A stretch of DNA of 57,796 nucleotides, filler included, from Piptocephalis cylindrospora (lineage: Eukaryota), in assembly GCA_003614145.1 (NCBI GenBank). It is 3 parts of 3 records of this genome, joined end to end, with 100 filler letters (N's around TTAATTAATTAA, not from the genome) between each part and the next. Parts side by side here need not be neighbours in the genome. Positions count along the whole stretch, not along the records: positions 19,319 to 38,528 come from KZ987825.1; positions 38,629 to 57,796 come from KZ987826.1; 1 more part is not named here. The stretch is one strand, 5' to 3'. This document shows positions 35,334 to 47,117 of the stretch, piece by piece. Both the position numbers and the translations under genes were made by a program. The notes under the pieces are model-generated. The model was not told the DNA's origin. It was given only the letters and a program-made list of their open reading frames with translations, and did not search any database. The stretch's first letter is position 1. Every line of letters begins with the position of its first letter.

Positions 35334-38300
35334 ACTAATATGGAGGAGAAAAGAGGAGAGGTTACGCACAGAGGGAAAGGGTCAGGCGGAGGGTCAAGAA
35401 CAGTGGGGCTTTATAGGTCCTGTATCCACTCGTTGTCCATTGCACCCTTACCCAATGCTGTCGTACTCCACTCTAGAGAGGTAAACGAGAGGGGGGTTCA
35501 AGTCGTCTCCCCATATAATCATCTCTCTCCTTCCCCCCCTAATGGAACCCCTCTCTCCCTCGACCGCAACTCGGTGTGCCTGATCTCACCATCTATTTCT
35601 CATCCGTGAGGACCAATAAGAATAGGAATAAGAAACATCAGCGGCCCCACCTACTGTGGCAACACAATTGAATTCAGATAAATATTCATCCAAAATTCAT
35701 CCCTCCTATATACCACCAAAGACTAGTACGATTTCATAGTAAAAATGCACAAAAAAACCCAATTCGGGATGACGTGAGGATGCCTTTTTTTTTCTCCGAT
35801 ATTCGACTCTTTCCCCGCCCACACACGTCGTTGATAGGCCAAAGGAGAGGGAGGGGTATAAAGGAGTCGAGGCGATTTTCTTTTGTGAAAACCCGCCCGT
35901 CCTTTTTCTTCTTTATCTCTTGCCCGCTCACCTTAGATCCCTCGACCAAGACCAGATGTTGTGATGTGAAAGTGTGTAATGATGGAAGGGAGGGGGTATG
36001 GGGGAGGGGAAGGAAGGGGATCCATGAAGGGGAAAAAGAAAGGATGCTGTTGAGTTGAGGATGGTGGATGGGGAAAGAGCAGCCCAGCAATGAGTAACTC
36101 CCACCCATTCGCCCTTGTATTCCTCAGCTTACCGGTGTCTCTTCCTCCTATCTTTGGTGTCCCCTCTTGTCCCTCTCTTATCCCTCAGCCTTTCCTTCCT
36201 ATACCCTTGCCATCCACCCTGGTCTCCTGACCTTTCAGCCAGGTATTGGCGAGGTTTGAGTCAATTGCGCGCTAGATTGATGTGTTTTTCAAGCACGATC
36301 ATACGTTTTGTCCCAGGTCTCTTCCATCCCCCTCTCTTCCTTGCTGCTTCGGTAGCCTGGGGAAAGAGTGGTGGCAGGGATGCACTTGTACTACCTTACT
36401 GTCTAGTCTGTTGTGATGAACCTTGCTTAGGGAATGGGAGGAGGGAAGAGGGAAAGATCAGATGGATATCGAAAAGCACCTAGTATGCTTTTCTCTCTTT
36501 TTGGTCGTTCTCTCTTGAGGAAAGACCCCTGATCTCCATGATTCAGTCTCGTCCGTTGCGCCATAGCCTGGTTTTCAGACTATACTGCTGGACATTATAG
36601 ACTGGGTGATGGGTGTTAGGCGTGTCCTTTTCTTCTCTCTCAAGTCCTCCATCCACCGCTAACGAGGCATAGTCCCAGATGCTCACTCCCTTAGGGGAGA
36701 CCATGGCAGAACCAGTGGGTCATGCAAGTGTAGGACCGAACCATGATACATTTATTTTTGTTGGCATTAATTATGGTCTCTTGCTTCAATAGAGTATAAT
36801 AGAACGCATATATTTATTTATTTATTTTGAAATGGACACTACAGAAAATCATCAGCGCACCCCTCCCGGGGTAGATGACCATGGAATCCACAAGAAAGAT
36901 GGTAGCCAGCAGTGGAGACGGTGCCATTGGGGTTCTTGAAACTTGACCTAGTGCAAGGGAGGGATAACAATGCACTTGAAGTCGAGCATGGGGCCTTGCG
37001 ACCTAAAGGAAGAAGATTGGATGGCTAGGCTACGGGAAGAGTATATGGTATTCCACCATCCTTATCGTCTCATCCATAAATCAATAGAGACAAGTAGAGT
37101 CACCATGAATCTGCCGAGGTTGTTCCTGCCCAGAGGCACCATCATGATGAGATGAGCCTTATCTACGGATAGGCCCGGGGAAGTAACAAGGTGGTATATA
37201 CTAGATAAACCCTTGATTTTTGAATCACCACTCCTACTGGACCACAAGCGATGATCAGGAAAGGGGGATAGCTCTCTCACCCCTCCTCTTCTCTTTTCAG
37301 CCTTCCTTGTGTACGCGTGATGGGTTTGCAGGATGACTTTTGGGATCCCCCCCCCCCCTCTCTCACATGTCATTCAACAGACCATGAAATTGAGATCACT
37401 CAGTCTTTCATCTCTCAAGACATCTTAACTGCGTGCTTAAAGTTATTATCTCATCAAGACACAATGAGGCGAGAGTGCCATGATCACATTATCGGTCGCT
37501 CTAGTATTATTACTAGCCAGGACATTGATTAGAATCAAGAAGCAAGCGGCGTGATTTTAGCCAGCCATAATTTGATTTGATTCACGCGTCATTCTCCCCT
37601 CATACTCACACACACTCACGCTTACGCTCACGCTCACACAGATTAAGGATAAGAAAATGAGAGCTCCCAGACACGACCACACACACTCACACTCAAAGAG
37701 AAAAGGTCCGTCTCACTCGGACCTACAAGCTCAAGGCTCATCGAAACCACTAGAAGCCCTAAAGCGTGCGCGCGCTAGCCCAGTCACCCTTACTGCGCCT
37801 CAGCAGTGAACCGATTTGCTCCCCTGGACGCGTTCCCCTCTAAATCGCCACTAATACGCAGATGTGTATGTGCGTATATAGTTCGCACCTCCTCCCTCCA
37901 CCCTAGTATCTCACACAGTAAAAACAAAGACATGCAGTGAAAGCGCGGGCAATAGACGGCTCTCTGGAGAGATCTGGTAGGATCCAAAGAGATCTCTCTC
38001 ACCGCACACACCGTCATCCCCGTCTCCCTTGCTGGGCCTTAGAGGGCTCTGGGCCAAGCCTCCGGAACACATGTCTTGCCCTTCTCCTTGCCATCTTAGT
38101 GTGTGTTTCTCCCCTAAACCCATCCAAGATGATTCATAGGATATCTCATCATCACTCAAGTGCCCCAACGATGGGCGATAGAGAAAGAGCAAGGACACCA
38201 CGACCCCCAGATGCCAGTAGGGAGTGACCATATACGCGCACATACATACGTCTCTTGCCCCATCCGAAACGGCTATAAAGGCACCCATCATCCCTCGCCC

Positions 38301-38528
38301 TCGCCCACTCCTCCCCTCCCTTTCTTTTTCCTTTTTCCCTCCCCCTACTTCCTCTTGTTCACTCCCCTTCCCCCCCCCCCCCCCCCCCCCCCCCCCTTCC
38401 CCCCCCACCCTCTCCCCACACCCCTCACCCCCCACCTGCTCCCCACACCAAGAGTTGAAATGTATATGCTGCCCAGGTTGGGAAAGGTCCGAAGAATCCG
38501 GACATCAAAGGTACCACCACCAAGATCG

Positions 38529-38628
38529 NNNNNNNNNNNNNNNNNNNNNNNNNNNNNNNNNNNNNNNNNNNNTTAATTAATTAANNNNNNNNNNNNNNNN
38601 NNNNNNNNNNNNNNNNNNNNNNNNNNNN
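38529..38628. other. Assembly gap/contig linker
   Basis: Same N-TTAATTAATTAA-N linker, flanked by poly-C and poly-G low-quality-looking sequence. Confidence 0.98.
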
Positions 38629-39414
38629 AATGTTCTGCGTGGGAGGGGCCGAGAGAAGAGGGTAAGCGTCGCTGGTGGCGGGGGGGGGGGGGGGGGGCGG
38701 GAGGGGGGGGGGGGGGGAGTGTTGGGGGGGGGGGGGGGGGGGGAGGGTGGGGGGTTGTGGGAAAGGGGGGGGGGGGGGGGGGGGGGTGGCCATTGTGACC
38801 CTGCCAATTCACGGAGGAAGGAGCGGAGTTGGGGTTTAAAGGGGAAAAGAGCAGCCAGGCCATTTGATGTGGGGTAAAGCTGGATGTGCGCCAGGAAGAT
38901 GGAGGGGAAGTGAGAATATCATAACAGGGAAAGGTGAAGTTAAAGGAAGAGGGGAATTCTCTAGGTGGACACACGCGTCTCTCCAAGCTAGGAGCTGAAT
39001 GGGGTCTAGGGGCTGAATCCATTTGAGTGGGTGTTTGAAGGGAGAAAAGGCACATCAAGAGGACGGTACCATCTCACGTTCCACCCTCATGGCCACTGGT
39101 CGACAGGAAAGCATGGCGAGGGCCAACTCTTGGTATCATTTCATCCCAAGCCAAGAGGAGGTGGCCACCTCTCCTATGTATCCGCATCGTCTTTATCCTT
39201 GTTCTGATCTTAAATCATAACATGACGGCATAGTATCCCTTTCTGCTTCCCACATTCATCATGAATGGGCTGGGCTAGGTGAGAGACGAGGTCATTGATC
39301 TCTAGTCCTTGCATTCACCTTGCAATGGTTCCATAGATGCATGTGGGGAAAACACGGCCCAGCCCTTCATGAGGGGTTAGATAGTTTGGTCGAGAAAGGA
39401 TGATTCAGGGTATG

Positions 39415-39486
39415 GTCAAGAAGGAGTAGTCTAGGGGTTAGTCAAGAAGGAGTAGTCTAGGGGTTAATCAAGAAGGAATAGTCCAG
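39415..39486. repeat. 26-bp tandem repeat (GTCAAGAAGGAGTAGTCTAGGGGTTA), about 2.8 copies
   Basis: Copies start at 39415, 39441 and 39467 (the third is degenerate). Confidence 0.9.
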
Positions 39487-39799
39487 AATCTGATCACCAT
39501 GCCACCAAGGAGTATAGGCCCTTTTTATCGGTCATTTTGACCAGCACTGTGTTTGGATATCTACCAGCTTGCCCCCCTGAGGGAAAGTAAAACAGTTTTA
39601 TTATCACTAGGATCATAAAACCTCTTTCACAAAATCACCCTTCCCACGACAATGACCCAATTCAACTTGATCAGTCGAGCACCATCAGTGTTGAAACCCT
39701 GCATGCTAAATCGAAGTCTGTGATGGAGTTCTATGCCAAGCCAACTATCTCATCGTGGATTGTTATCCCCTCCCAGTCTTTGTGAGGTTCTTGATTCAC

Positions 39800-39916
39800 G
39801 TGCGTATGTGCGTGTATGTGCGTGTATGTGCGTGTATGTGCGTGTATGTGCGTGTATGTGTATGTGTATGTGTGTGTGCGTGTGTGTGTGTGTGTGTGTG
39901 TATGTATATATATATA
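39800..39916. repeat. Compound microsatellite (GTGCGTGTAT)n-(GT)n-(TA)n
   Basis: Directly visible alternating purine-pyrimidine tract. Confidence 0.95.
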
Positions 39917-40900
39917 GTTCTCCAGTCCTTTCAAGGTAGTCGATTCGACTTCCAGTCAGGTAGAGGAATGAGGCCAAGGTCAACTTCCTCCTCGTATCCC
40001 CCAAACCCCCCTTCCCCTTGTGGGCATGGACGAGACGACATTAACATTCAAGGACCAAGGTAGTGATGACGGTAGGGGATCAGGGGAAGCTGGCATTTTA
40101 GCGCCGTCTTCCCAGCCCGTGTCTCACGAACCCATATCCCCTCTCCTTGTCCTCCCTATCCACGATGGGGAAGACCCTGTTTTTTCTCCTCATATCCCCA
40201 TGAAATTTCAAGTAGCACATTGCATGAACACGGTACGGCCGCCTTGGCCATTTCCCCTCATGTACATGACATCACTTTACTGATTGTGCCTCCCTTGTCC
40301 AATTCAAAAGTGCTCTTCTCTTGGCCCTAAATCCAACCACATGTGTACACTGCTTGAATCTAGTTTGAGCATCAGTGTCAATATTGGTCTGCAGAGAGGG
40401 AAGGCAAGCACCGCCGTCATTTCCCTCTTGTATGGCGCGTCCCTCAATCTAGAGTTTCTCTTATTACCCGGCCTTTGACCACTTAGACTGTGTGTTTGGC
40501 GGGAGTGAGAAGCAGCAGTGCACACTCAGGGTTTTACATGCAGATAGAGGACTAACACACAGGACACTCCCTCACTGGTCACTACGGACAGCTGTAGTAA
40601 TACCGTGCTGGTAGAGTCTCAGGGGAAAATGCTCAACTGCCCCCAAAAACGAGGACCGCGCGACATTGTGATGACTCCATCGGGGATCTCACACACGGGC
40701 ACACACACACACACACACACGCCTGCAAATTCCCCCTCCTCTCCCCGCGTCTTGGCGCCGTCATTCATAAAACCCCAGCTCATGTCGACGTTTCCCGTCT
40801 ACTTTTCCCTCCCTCTCCTCGTCTCTTTCCCCTCTTCCCCCCCTCTTCTCCCTTCCCCCCCTCCTCTCCTCCTCCTCTCTACTGACCCTTCCAAGGCCCA

Positions 40901-43900
40901 ATGCCACCAAACCTCTCCCACGCTTCCACGGACACGGACCGTCTGCTCAACGAGCAGGAGCGCTCCTCCTTTGGCGTGTCCCTCAAGCAACTCACTGACC
41001 TCTTCCAGGACCGCGTCTTCCAGGACCTCAAGGATCTGGGTGGCTTGAAGGGAGTAGCGAGAAAATTGCGCGTGGAGCCCAAGACGGGTCTGGACTCCTC
41101 CATCCACGAACAGGGCGTCGAGGAAGGTGAGGAGAGGGCCGATACCTTTGGCCGTAATACCCTCCCCCCTAGACCCTCAAAGTCCTTCCTATCCCTCCTC
41201 AAGGAGGCCATGGGGGATAATATTCTCCAGCTTCTCTCCGTGGCCGCTGTCATTTCCCTAGCCATGGGAATCTACGAGGATCACTCGGACCAGCATCCCG
41301 AGGATGAACCCCGTGTTGGCTGGGTCGAGGGCGCCGCTATCCTCATCGCCGTGTCCGTCGTTGTCTTTACCAACGCCATCAATGATTACCAAAAGGAGCG
41401 TCAGTTCCGTAAACTCTCTGCCAAGCGCGATGATCGTTCTGTCCGTGTCATCCGTGGAGGCCAGGAACAGGAGATTTCCGTGTGGCATCTCCTTGTGGGC
41501 GACATCCTCATCATGGAACCCGGTGATATCCTCCCCGTCGATGCCCTTTACCTCCATGGTGACAGTATCACCTGTGACGAATCCAGCGCCACCGGTGAAA
41601 GTGACCTTGTCCGCAAAACCCCAGACACCGATGATGCCGCCGATGCGGATCAGGCCAAGGGAAAGAAGAAGTTGGATCCGTTTCTCCTCTCTGGGAGTAA
41701 GGTTACTGAAGGGATGGGTCGCGCTCTGGTTGTCTCCGTTGGTATTCATTCCCTTCACGGCCAAACCATGATGGCCCTTCGTTCCGGCGAGGCCGCTGCC
41801 CCATCCAAAAAGGATGATGATAATGAGTCCACATCCTCCTCCGTTGACTCCTCCGGATCCCAGGAAACCCCCCTGCAAGGGAAGCTCAATATTCTCGCCG
41901 AGTACATTGCCAAACTTGGTATCGTTGCCTCCCTCGCCATGTTCCTCATCCTCTCCATCAAGTTTCTCATCCTTGCCTCCATTCACTCCCCTCCCTTCCC
42001 CTCCCCCGGGGAGATCCTCGCCGCGGAAATGCAATTCCTCCTCCAGGCCATCACCATCCTTGTCGTCGCCGTCCCTGAGGGCCTACCCATGGCCGTTACC
42101 CTGGCCTTGGCCTACGCCACCACCCAGATGCTTCAGGACAATAACTTGGTCCGTGTCCTCTCTGCTTGTGAAACCATGGGCTCGGCCACCGTTGTTTGCA
42201 CCGACAAGACCGGTACCCTTACCCAAAATCGTATGACCGTTGTCAAGGCTACCATGATCGAGAAGCACTTTGTCGACTCGGTCACTCAGCAGGAAGGTAC
42301 CGAGGAAGTCGGGGCTCGGTATGACGTTGGGGTCAAGCCTGTCCGTGAGTGGCACCATGCCTTCCCCTCCGCCTCCGACACCTCCGATACCGTGGACTTT
42401 TACCGCCTCCTCGAAGAATCCGTCACCGTCAACTCCACCGCTTTCGAGTCCGATAACGGGGAGGGACAAGTCGAGTTTATCGGCAGTAAAACCGAATGTG
42501 CCCTCCTTGGCATGTTAAAGTCCATGGGATCCGATTACCGTAAGGTCCGTGAGGGTGTGGAGACCCTTAGGGCTTTCCCTTTCTCCTCGGCCAAAAAGAG
42601 CATGTCCGTCATCGTCCGTTCCTCCTCTCAGGGTGGAGCCGTTCGTGTTCATACTAAGGGAGCCTCTGAGATGGTGATGTTGAGGTAAGTCGTGTAGGAG
42701 CATATGAACAATTGCTTACTTTACATTGTTCCGCTCCTTACACTTTCTCTTTCCCCCATCCACCCTACAGCTGCTCAAGGTACGTGGATAAGGAAGGTAA
42801 GGTGAGGAACTTGGATAAAAAGACCAGAGAGGCCATCTCCTCCACCATCTCTCGTTATGCCGGTCAGGCTCTCAGGACCATCTGTGTGGCCTACAAGGAC
42901 CTCTCGGACAAGGAAGTGAAGAAGGCCACCACCAAGGCTGAGAGTGATGATGGGTCTTCTTCCTCCAATGCCCCTGGACCCCCCTCCTCTGATCTCATTC
43001 TCCTGGGTCTCTTTGGTATCCAGGATCCATTGAGGGAGGGGGTGCCCGATGCCGTCAAGCTGTGCCGTAGGGCTGGAGTCTACGTCAAGATGATCACCGG
43101 AGACAATGTGGAGACTGCTAAGGCCATTGCCATCCGCGCTGGTATTCATACCCGCGGGGGCTTGTGCATGACCGGGCATGAATTCCGTAACCTGGAGGCC
43201 AAGGAGAGGACGAGGATTCTCCCGAGACTTCAGGTCCTCGCCCGCTCCTCCCCCCTGGACAAGCAGATCGTCGTCAAGGGCCTTCAGGGTCTTGGGGAGG
43301 TCGTGGCTATGACCGGGGATGGGACCAATGATGCCCCTGCCCTCAAGATGGCCAATGTCGGCTTCTCTATGGGTATTGCCGGTACAGAGGTGGCCAAGGA
43401 GGCTGCTGATATCATCCTCATGGACGATAACTTTACCTCCATTGTCGCTGCTTGCCGTTGGGGTCGTCAGGTCAATGATAGCGTCCGCAAGTTCCTTCAA
43501 TTCCAGCTCACCGTCAACATCTGCGCTGTCGTCCTCGCCTTTGTCTCGGCCCTCACTGATCCCGAATCCAGGTCCGTCCTCTCCGCCACCCAGCTTCTTT
43601 GGGTCAACCTTATCATGGATACCCTCGCTGCCCTGGCTCTCTCCACCGATCCCCCGGATGATGGTCTTCTCCACCGGATGCCCCTGGCCAAGAACGCCTC
43701 CCTCATCTCCTTCCCCATGTGGAAGAGTATCCTGGGCCAGGCCATCTTCCAGCTCATCGCTACCGTTACCCTCCTACACTTTGGCCCCCGCATCTTCCAC
43801 TTGGACCCCAAGACCTCGCCGGCTGATGATCTCCTTCTTCGGACACTCATCTTCAATTCCTTTGTCATGCTCCAGGTCTTTAATCAGATCAACTGTCGAA

Positions 43901-44355
43901 AGGTGGATGACTCGTATAATGTCATGCATGGCATCTTCCGTAATCGTCTGTTCCTCGGTATCCAGCTCTTCGTCATCGCCGGCCAGTATCTTATTGTCAC
44001 GTACGGTGGGGTTGCCTTCAAGACTACTCCCCTTCCTACTTATCTCTGGGCCGTCTCCTTCTTCATTGGCTTCCTCTCCCTCCCCATCGGCTTCATCCTT
44101 CGTCTCCTCCCCTCTCCTCCCAACTTGGATGCCGATCAGCACCATACTCCCCTCGTGTCGGAGACCCGGCTTCAGTGGGAAGGTGCCATCCGGGATGTCA
44201 CTTCCCAACTTCGCGTCTACTCGGCCCTTCGTCGCATACCCGGCGGCTCCGATGATGGCGCGGGTAGTGCGACAGATGATGAAGGCCATGGACGTAGGCA
44301 GCGCAGTTCTTCCCTCATCAAGTCCATCTTTCATCGGCGGGATGACAGCCATTGA
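40901..44355 (+). CDS. PMC1: P2B-type (PMCA-like) Ca2+-transporting ATPase, intron 42685-42770
   Basis: DESSATGES, VAVPEGLPMAVT, DKTGTLT, KGASE, MITGDN, TGDGTNDAPAL and QLLWVNLIMDTLAALAL. Confidence 0.97.
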
Positions 44356-44847
44356 TCCTCCTGAGTCGGCGGGTAGGGTGCTGATGAGGTGAGCGATGTG
44401 ATATGTGCTGTTGCTGCTTGTCTATTCCCCTTATCGGATTGATTGGGAAAGGTGAATAAAGTGATGTGTGTTGTTGTTGCTTGCCTATACCCCCAAATCA
44501 ATTTTGATTGAAGTGTGAGATGGGGGACGAGGCGACGAAGGGAGATAAACTAAGTGGGTATGCCGTCTCATCATCCTCAAACCTTCCTACTGTCTTGAGA
44601 GCCCTGAGACTGACAATAGCCCCCACAGAGGTTAAAGGCATCACTTCAATAATCGATCATCTCCCTGCACCCATCAAGAGTAAGGCACGCACTTTACTCG
44701 TCAATCCTATTATTATTATTGGTATGGAATGATATGATGTGACATTCAATTGCGGATTTAGGATCCATCCATCCATCCGTCTCACCCCCCCCGTTTTCTC
44801 CATCCTCCTCTCCTTACTTCCTCCCATCCTACCCTAGTCCAGTAATC

Positions 44848-46209
44848 ATGGCAGCAAAATGTACGTGGCTTAACCATACTCATCCTCCTTCATACTCACG
44901 TTTTCTCTCCCCCTCCATCCTCAGCGGTCACTTGTCCATTGTGCCAGAAACGCATTCCAACTGAGGGCAACGCCTTGGAAGTGCACTACATGGCTGAGCT
45001 GACTGCCTTGCAAGCCGCTTCCGACCAGGGTCCATCGGCTGGGCCACGGCTATCTACGCGTCGCTCTGACCGATCTGGGTCCGTACAATTTGATAAGGTA
45101 AGTCTACTCCTATTTCCAGCCCCCATCAAGGGCCTTATCCTACCCTGATGAACCCATGCTAGGCCATTGAGGAGTTGAGAGCTCGAAGAGTCAGTCGAGT
45201 CACTGGATCCAATGTTGGTGCGGCAGGAAGCAAAACTAATGGTGGTGGTGAGTTCTGGGATTTAGGATGAAGAGCTTCCCACCCCCCTTCCAATCACTCA
45301 CCCACCATCCCTATCAGCCCAAGAGGCCCATCATCCACGTTGCTTCATGTGTGGCATGACCCTTCCTGGAGAGGATCTGGAAGCTGTCAACACCCACATT
45401 GACACTTGTCTAGGAGGAGGTCAACCCTCCTCGAGGATAGAGGAGTCAGAGACCATGGTAGGGCCAACCCGCTCTCGGTCTTTTTCCATGCTTCTCTGAC
45501 TAAAATCCCAACCAATACATAGACTACAGCGCAGGATGGGATGGAGACTCAATCCGACTTTCTCGAATATACCTGGGCTGGAGAAACACGGATCAGGGCA
45601 ACGGCTCTATCCGGATCCATATCTCAATCCTCCTCTGGATCGGCTGTCTCAGACTCTAGGACCACAGCTGAGGTGGATGAGGGGGATGTTAATGTGGATG
45701 ATGATGATACCCAGCAATATGGAAGCTCTCAATACGGGGAGCGGGACTTGGAGATGGAGATGGAGGAGGACGATGAGGAAGAGGAAGAGGTAGTGCAAGA
45801 GACTGAGCCCAGAGAATCAGGATTCAATAGTCATGCTAGCCCGAGCATGACTGGTGAGTCATTTAACCTCTTCTTCCTCTTTCCTATATATCTCTCTCAT
45901 CCCCTTTTCCCATCGACAGAAAGTCTGGTGGTGCAATCTCTCAAGGCAAGGATTAGGGAATTGGAGCAATCCTACTCTCATGATCATGGTGTCTCTTCTG
46001 TCCAAGGCCGCTCAAGTGGAGGAGGAAGTCGGAGAAGTGAGCTCAAGTGCCTCATTTGTATGGATGGATACAAAGAGCCCGCCGCATCCATTGTCTGCTG
46101 GCACGTGCATTGTGAGTCTTGTTGGTTAAGGTCCTTACGCGCCAAAAAATTGTGTCCCCAGTGTCAAAAGATCACGCTTCCCTCGGATCTACGACGAGTT
46201 TACCTGTGA
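44848..46209 (+). CDS. RNF220: RNF220-like RING E3 ubiquitin ligase, multi-exon
   Basis: N-terminal CPLC..LEVHY..EL, a central C2HC finger, EYTWAGETRIRAT, and C-terminal CLICMDGY..P..SIVCWHVHCESCWLRSLRAKKLCPQCQKITLPSDLRRVYL. Confidence 0.88.
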
Positions 46210-46308
46210 TCGCGTCGTCCTCGCGAGTCGAAAGGCTATGTTCTCAGTATCAAAAATCACGCTTCCCTCGGATCTATGACTGATGTACTTGTGATCACAT
46301 TGTCCTTG
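46151..46308 (+). repeat. Degenerate tandem duplication of the RNF220 3' end
   Basis: 46151-46223 aligns with 46237-46308, sharing an identical 21-nt core ATCACGCTTCCCTCGGATCTA. Confidence 0.92.
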
Positions 46309-46372
46309 ATCCCTTACTGGGTCCAAAAGGGGGGTTTGGATGAGTAATATAGGATCTATTGCATCCCGCACG

Positions 46373-46855
46373 TCATGATCCTTGTCCAGAGGATGACTTT
46401 GAGGAGTTACAGGGACTAGGGGTCTTCTTATTCTTCCTCCCTGCCCGGATAGTTTCATTATCGCCCAACTCGTGTCGATGAGGATCAATGTGAATTTCTA
46501 CCAGATGGTTTGGGGAAAGTTTTGAGTACGTGATACTATTGCAACGACCATGAGTCCATTCATCCGGGAAATTCCACAAGTAGTACTTACTGTACCGATC
46601 TTCCAGCACATTTCCCTCTTCCTTGGGAGGAATACGCGTTGCTTGGGCCACGTTTTGAAGAAGGAAATGCACCACTGACCGAGCATGGGCAACAGCGGCC
46701 TGCTTATCCTCTAGGGTCGAAGAGGGTAAAGGAGCGCGGAAAGCCTCACGAGTTCGGACCTTTGCAGCCTTCAGAGTCTGAAGGTCCTTTGCAAAGACCT
46801 TCTCCTCGGTGCGCAGGAGCGTCTTGAAGACTCTTCGAGCTGATTGGGAGGTCAT
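46373..46855 (-). CDS. MZM1: LYR-motif complex III assembly factor Mzm1/LYRM7, in-frame intron 46498-46590
   Basis: FKTLLR..KVFAKD..TL.AA..TREAF, FLLQNVAQA and HELGDNETIR. Confidence 0.82.
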   Translation of the reverse strand: MTSQSARRVFKTLLRTEEKVFAKDLQTLKAAKVRTREAFRAPLPSSTLEDKQAAVAHARSVVHFLLQNVAQATRIPPKEEGNVLEDRYSKYYLWNFPDEWTHGRCNSITYSKLSPNHLVEIHIDPHRHELGDNETIRAGRKNKKTPSPCNSSKSSSGQGS

Positions 46856-47117
46856 ACCGAAATGGGATGAAGTTAGGGAGGAGGATGCAGGAGGTGGACA
46901 AGAGGGAAAGGATCAAGTAAACCCTTGCTTTTATTTTTGAATAAATTAGTCGTAAAATTGAAGATGAACTGTGAAAAATTCGTTAGTGGTTGCTGCCTTA
47001 ACTTGCCACTTCCAGGCTAGTTAATCCTCTTACGCTTAGAGTTAGCCGCTACGTTCCTTGTCTTTCCTTACGACAGAGCAACCCCCCCCATCATCAGAAT
47101 AAACCAACCACCTTGTC

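Noticed and set aside
38340..38790. Poly-C and poly-G tracts giving poly-Pro/poly-Gly ORFs or G-quadruplexes
   Set aside because: They flank the gap and look like low-quality contig ends. AGATCG just before the Ns matches the start of the Illumina adapter.
39432..39466. Telomere-like TAGGGGTTA
   Set aside because: Part of a 26-bp minisatellite; no tandem TTAGGG array.
41258..44392. Long antisense and alternate-frame ORFs over PMC1 (also over RPL10, NDUFS3 and the KH gene)
   Set aside because: Shadow ORFs caused by strong C-ending codon bias.
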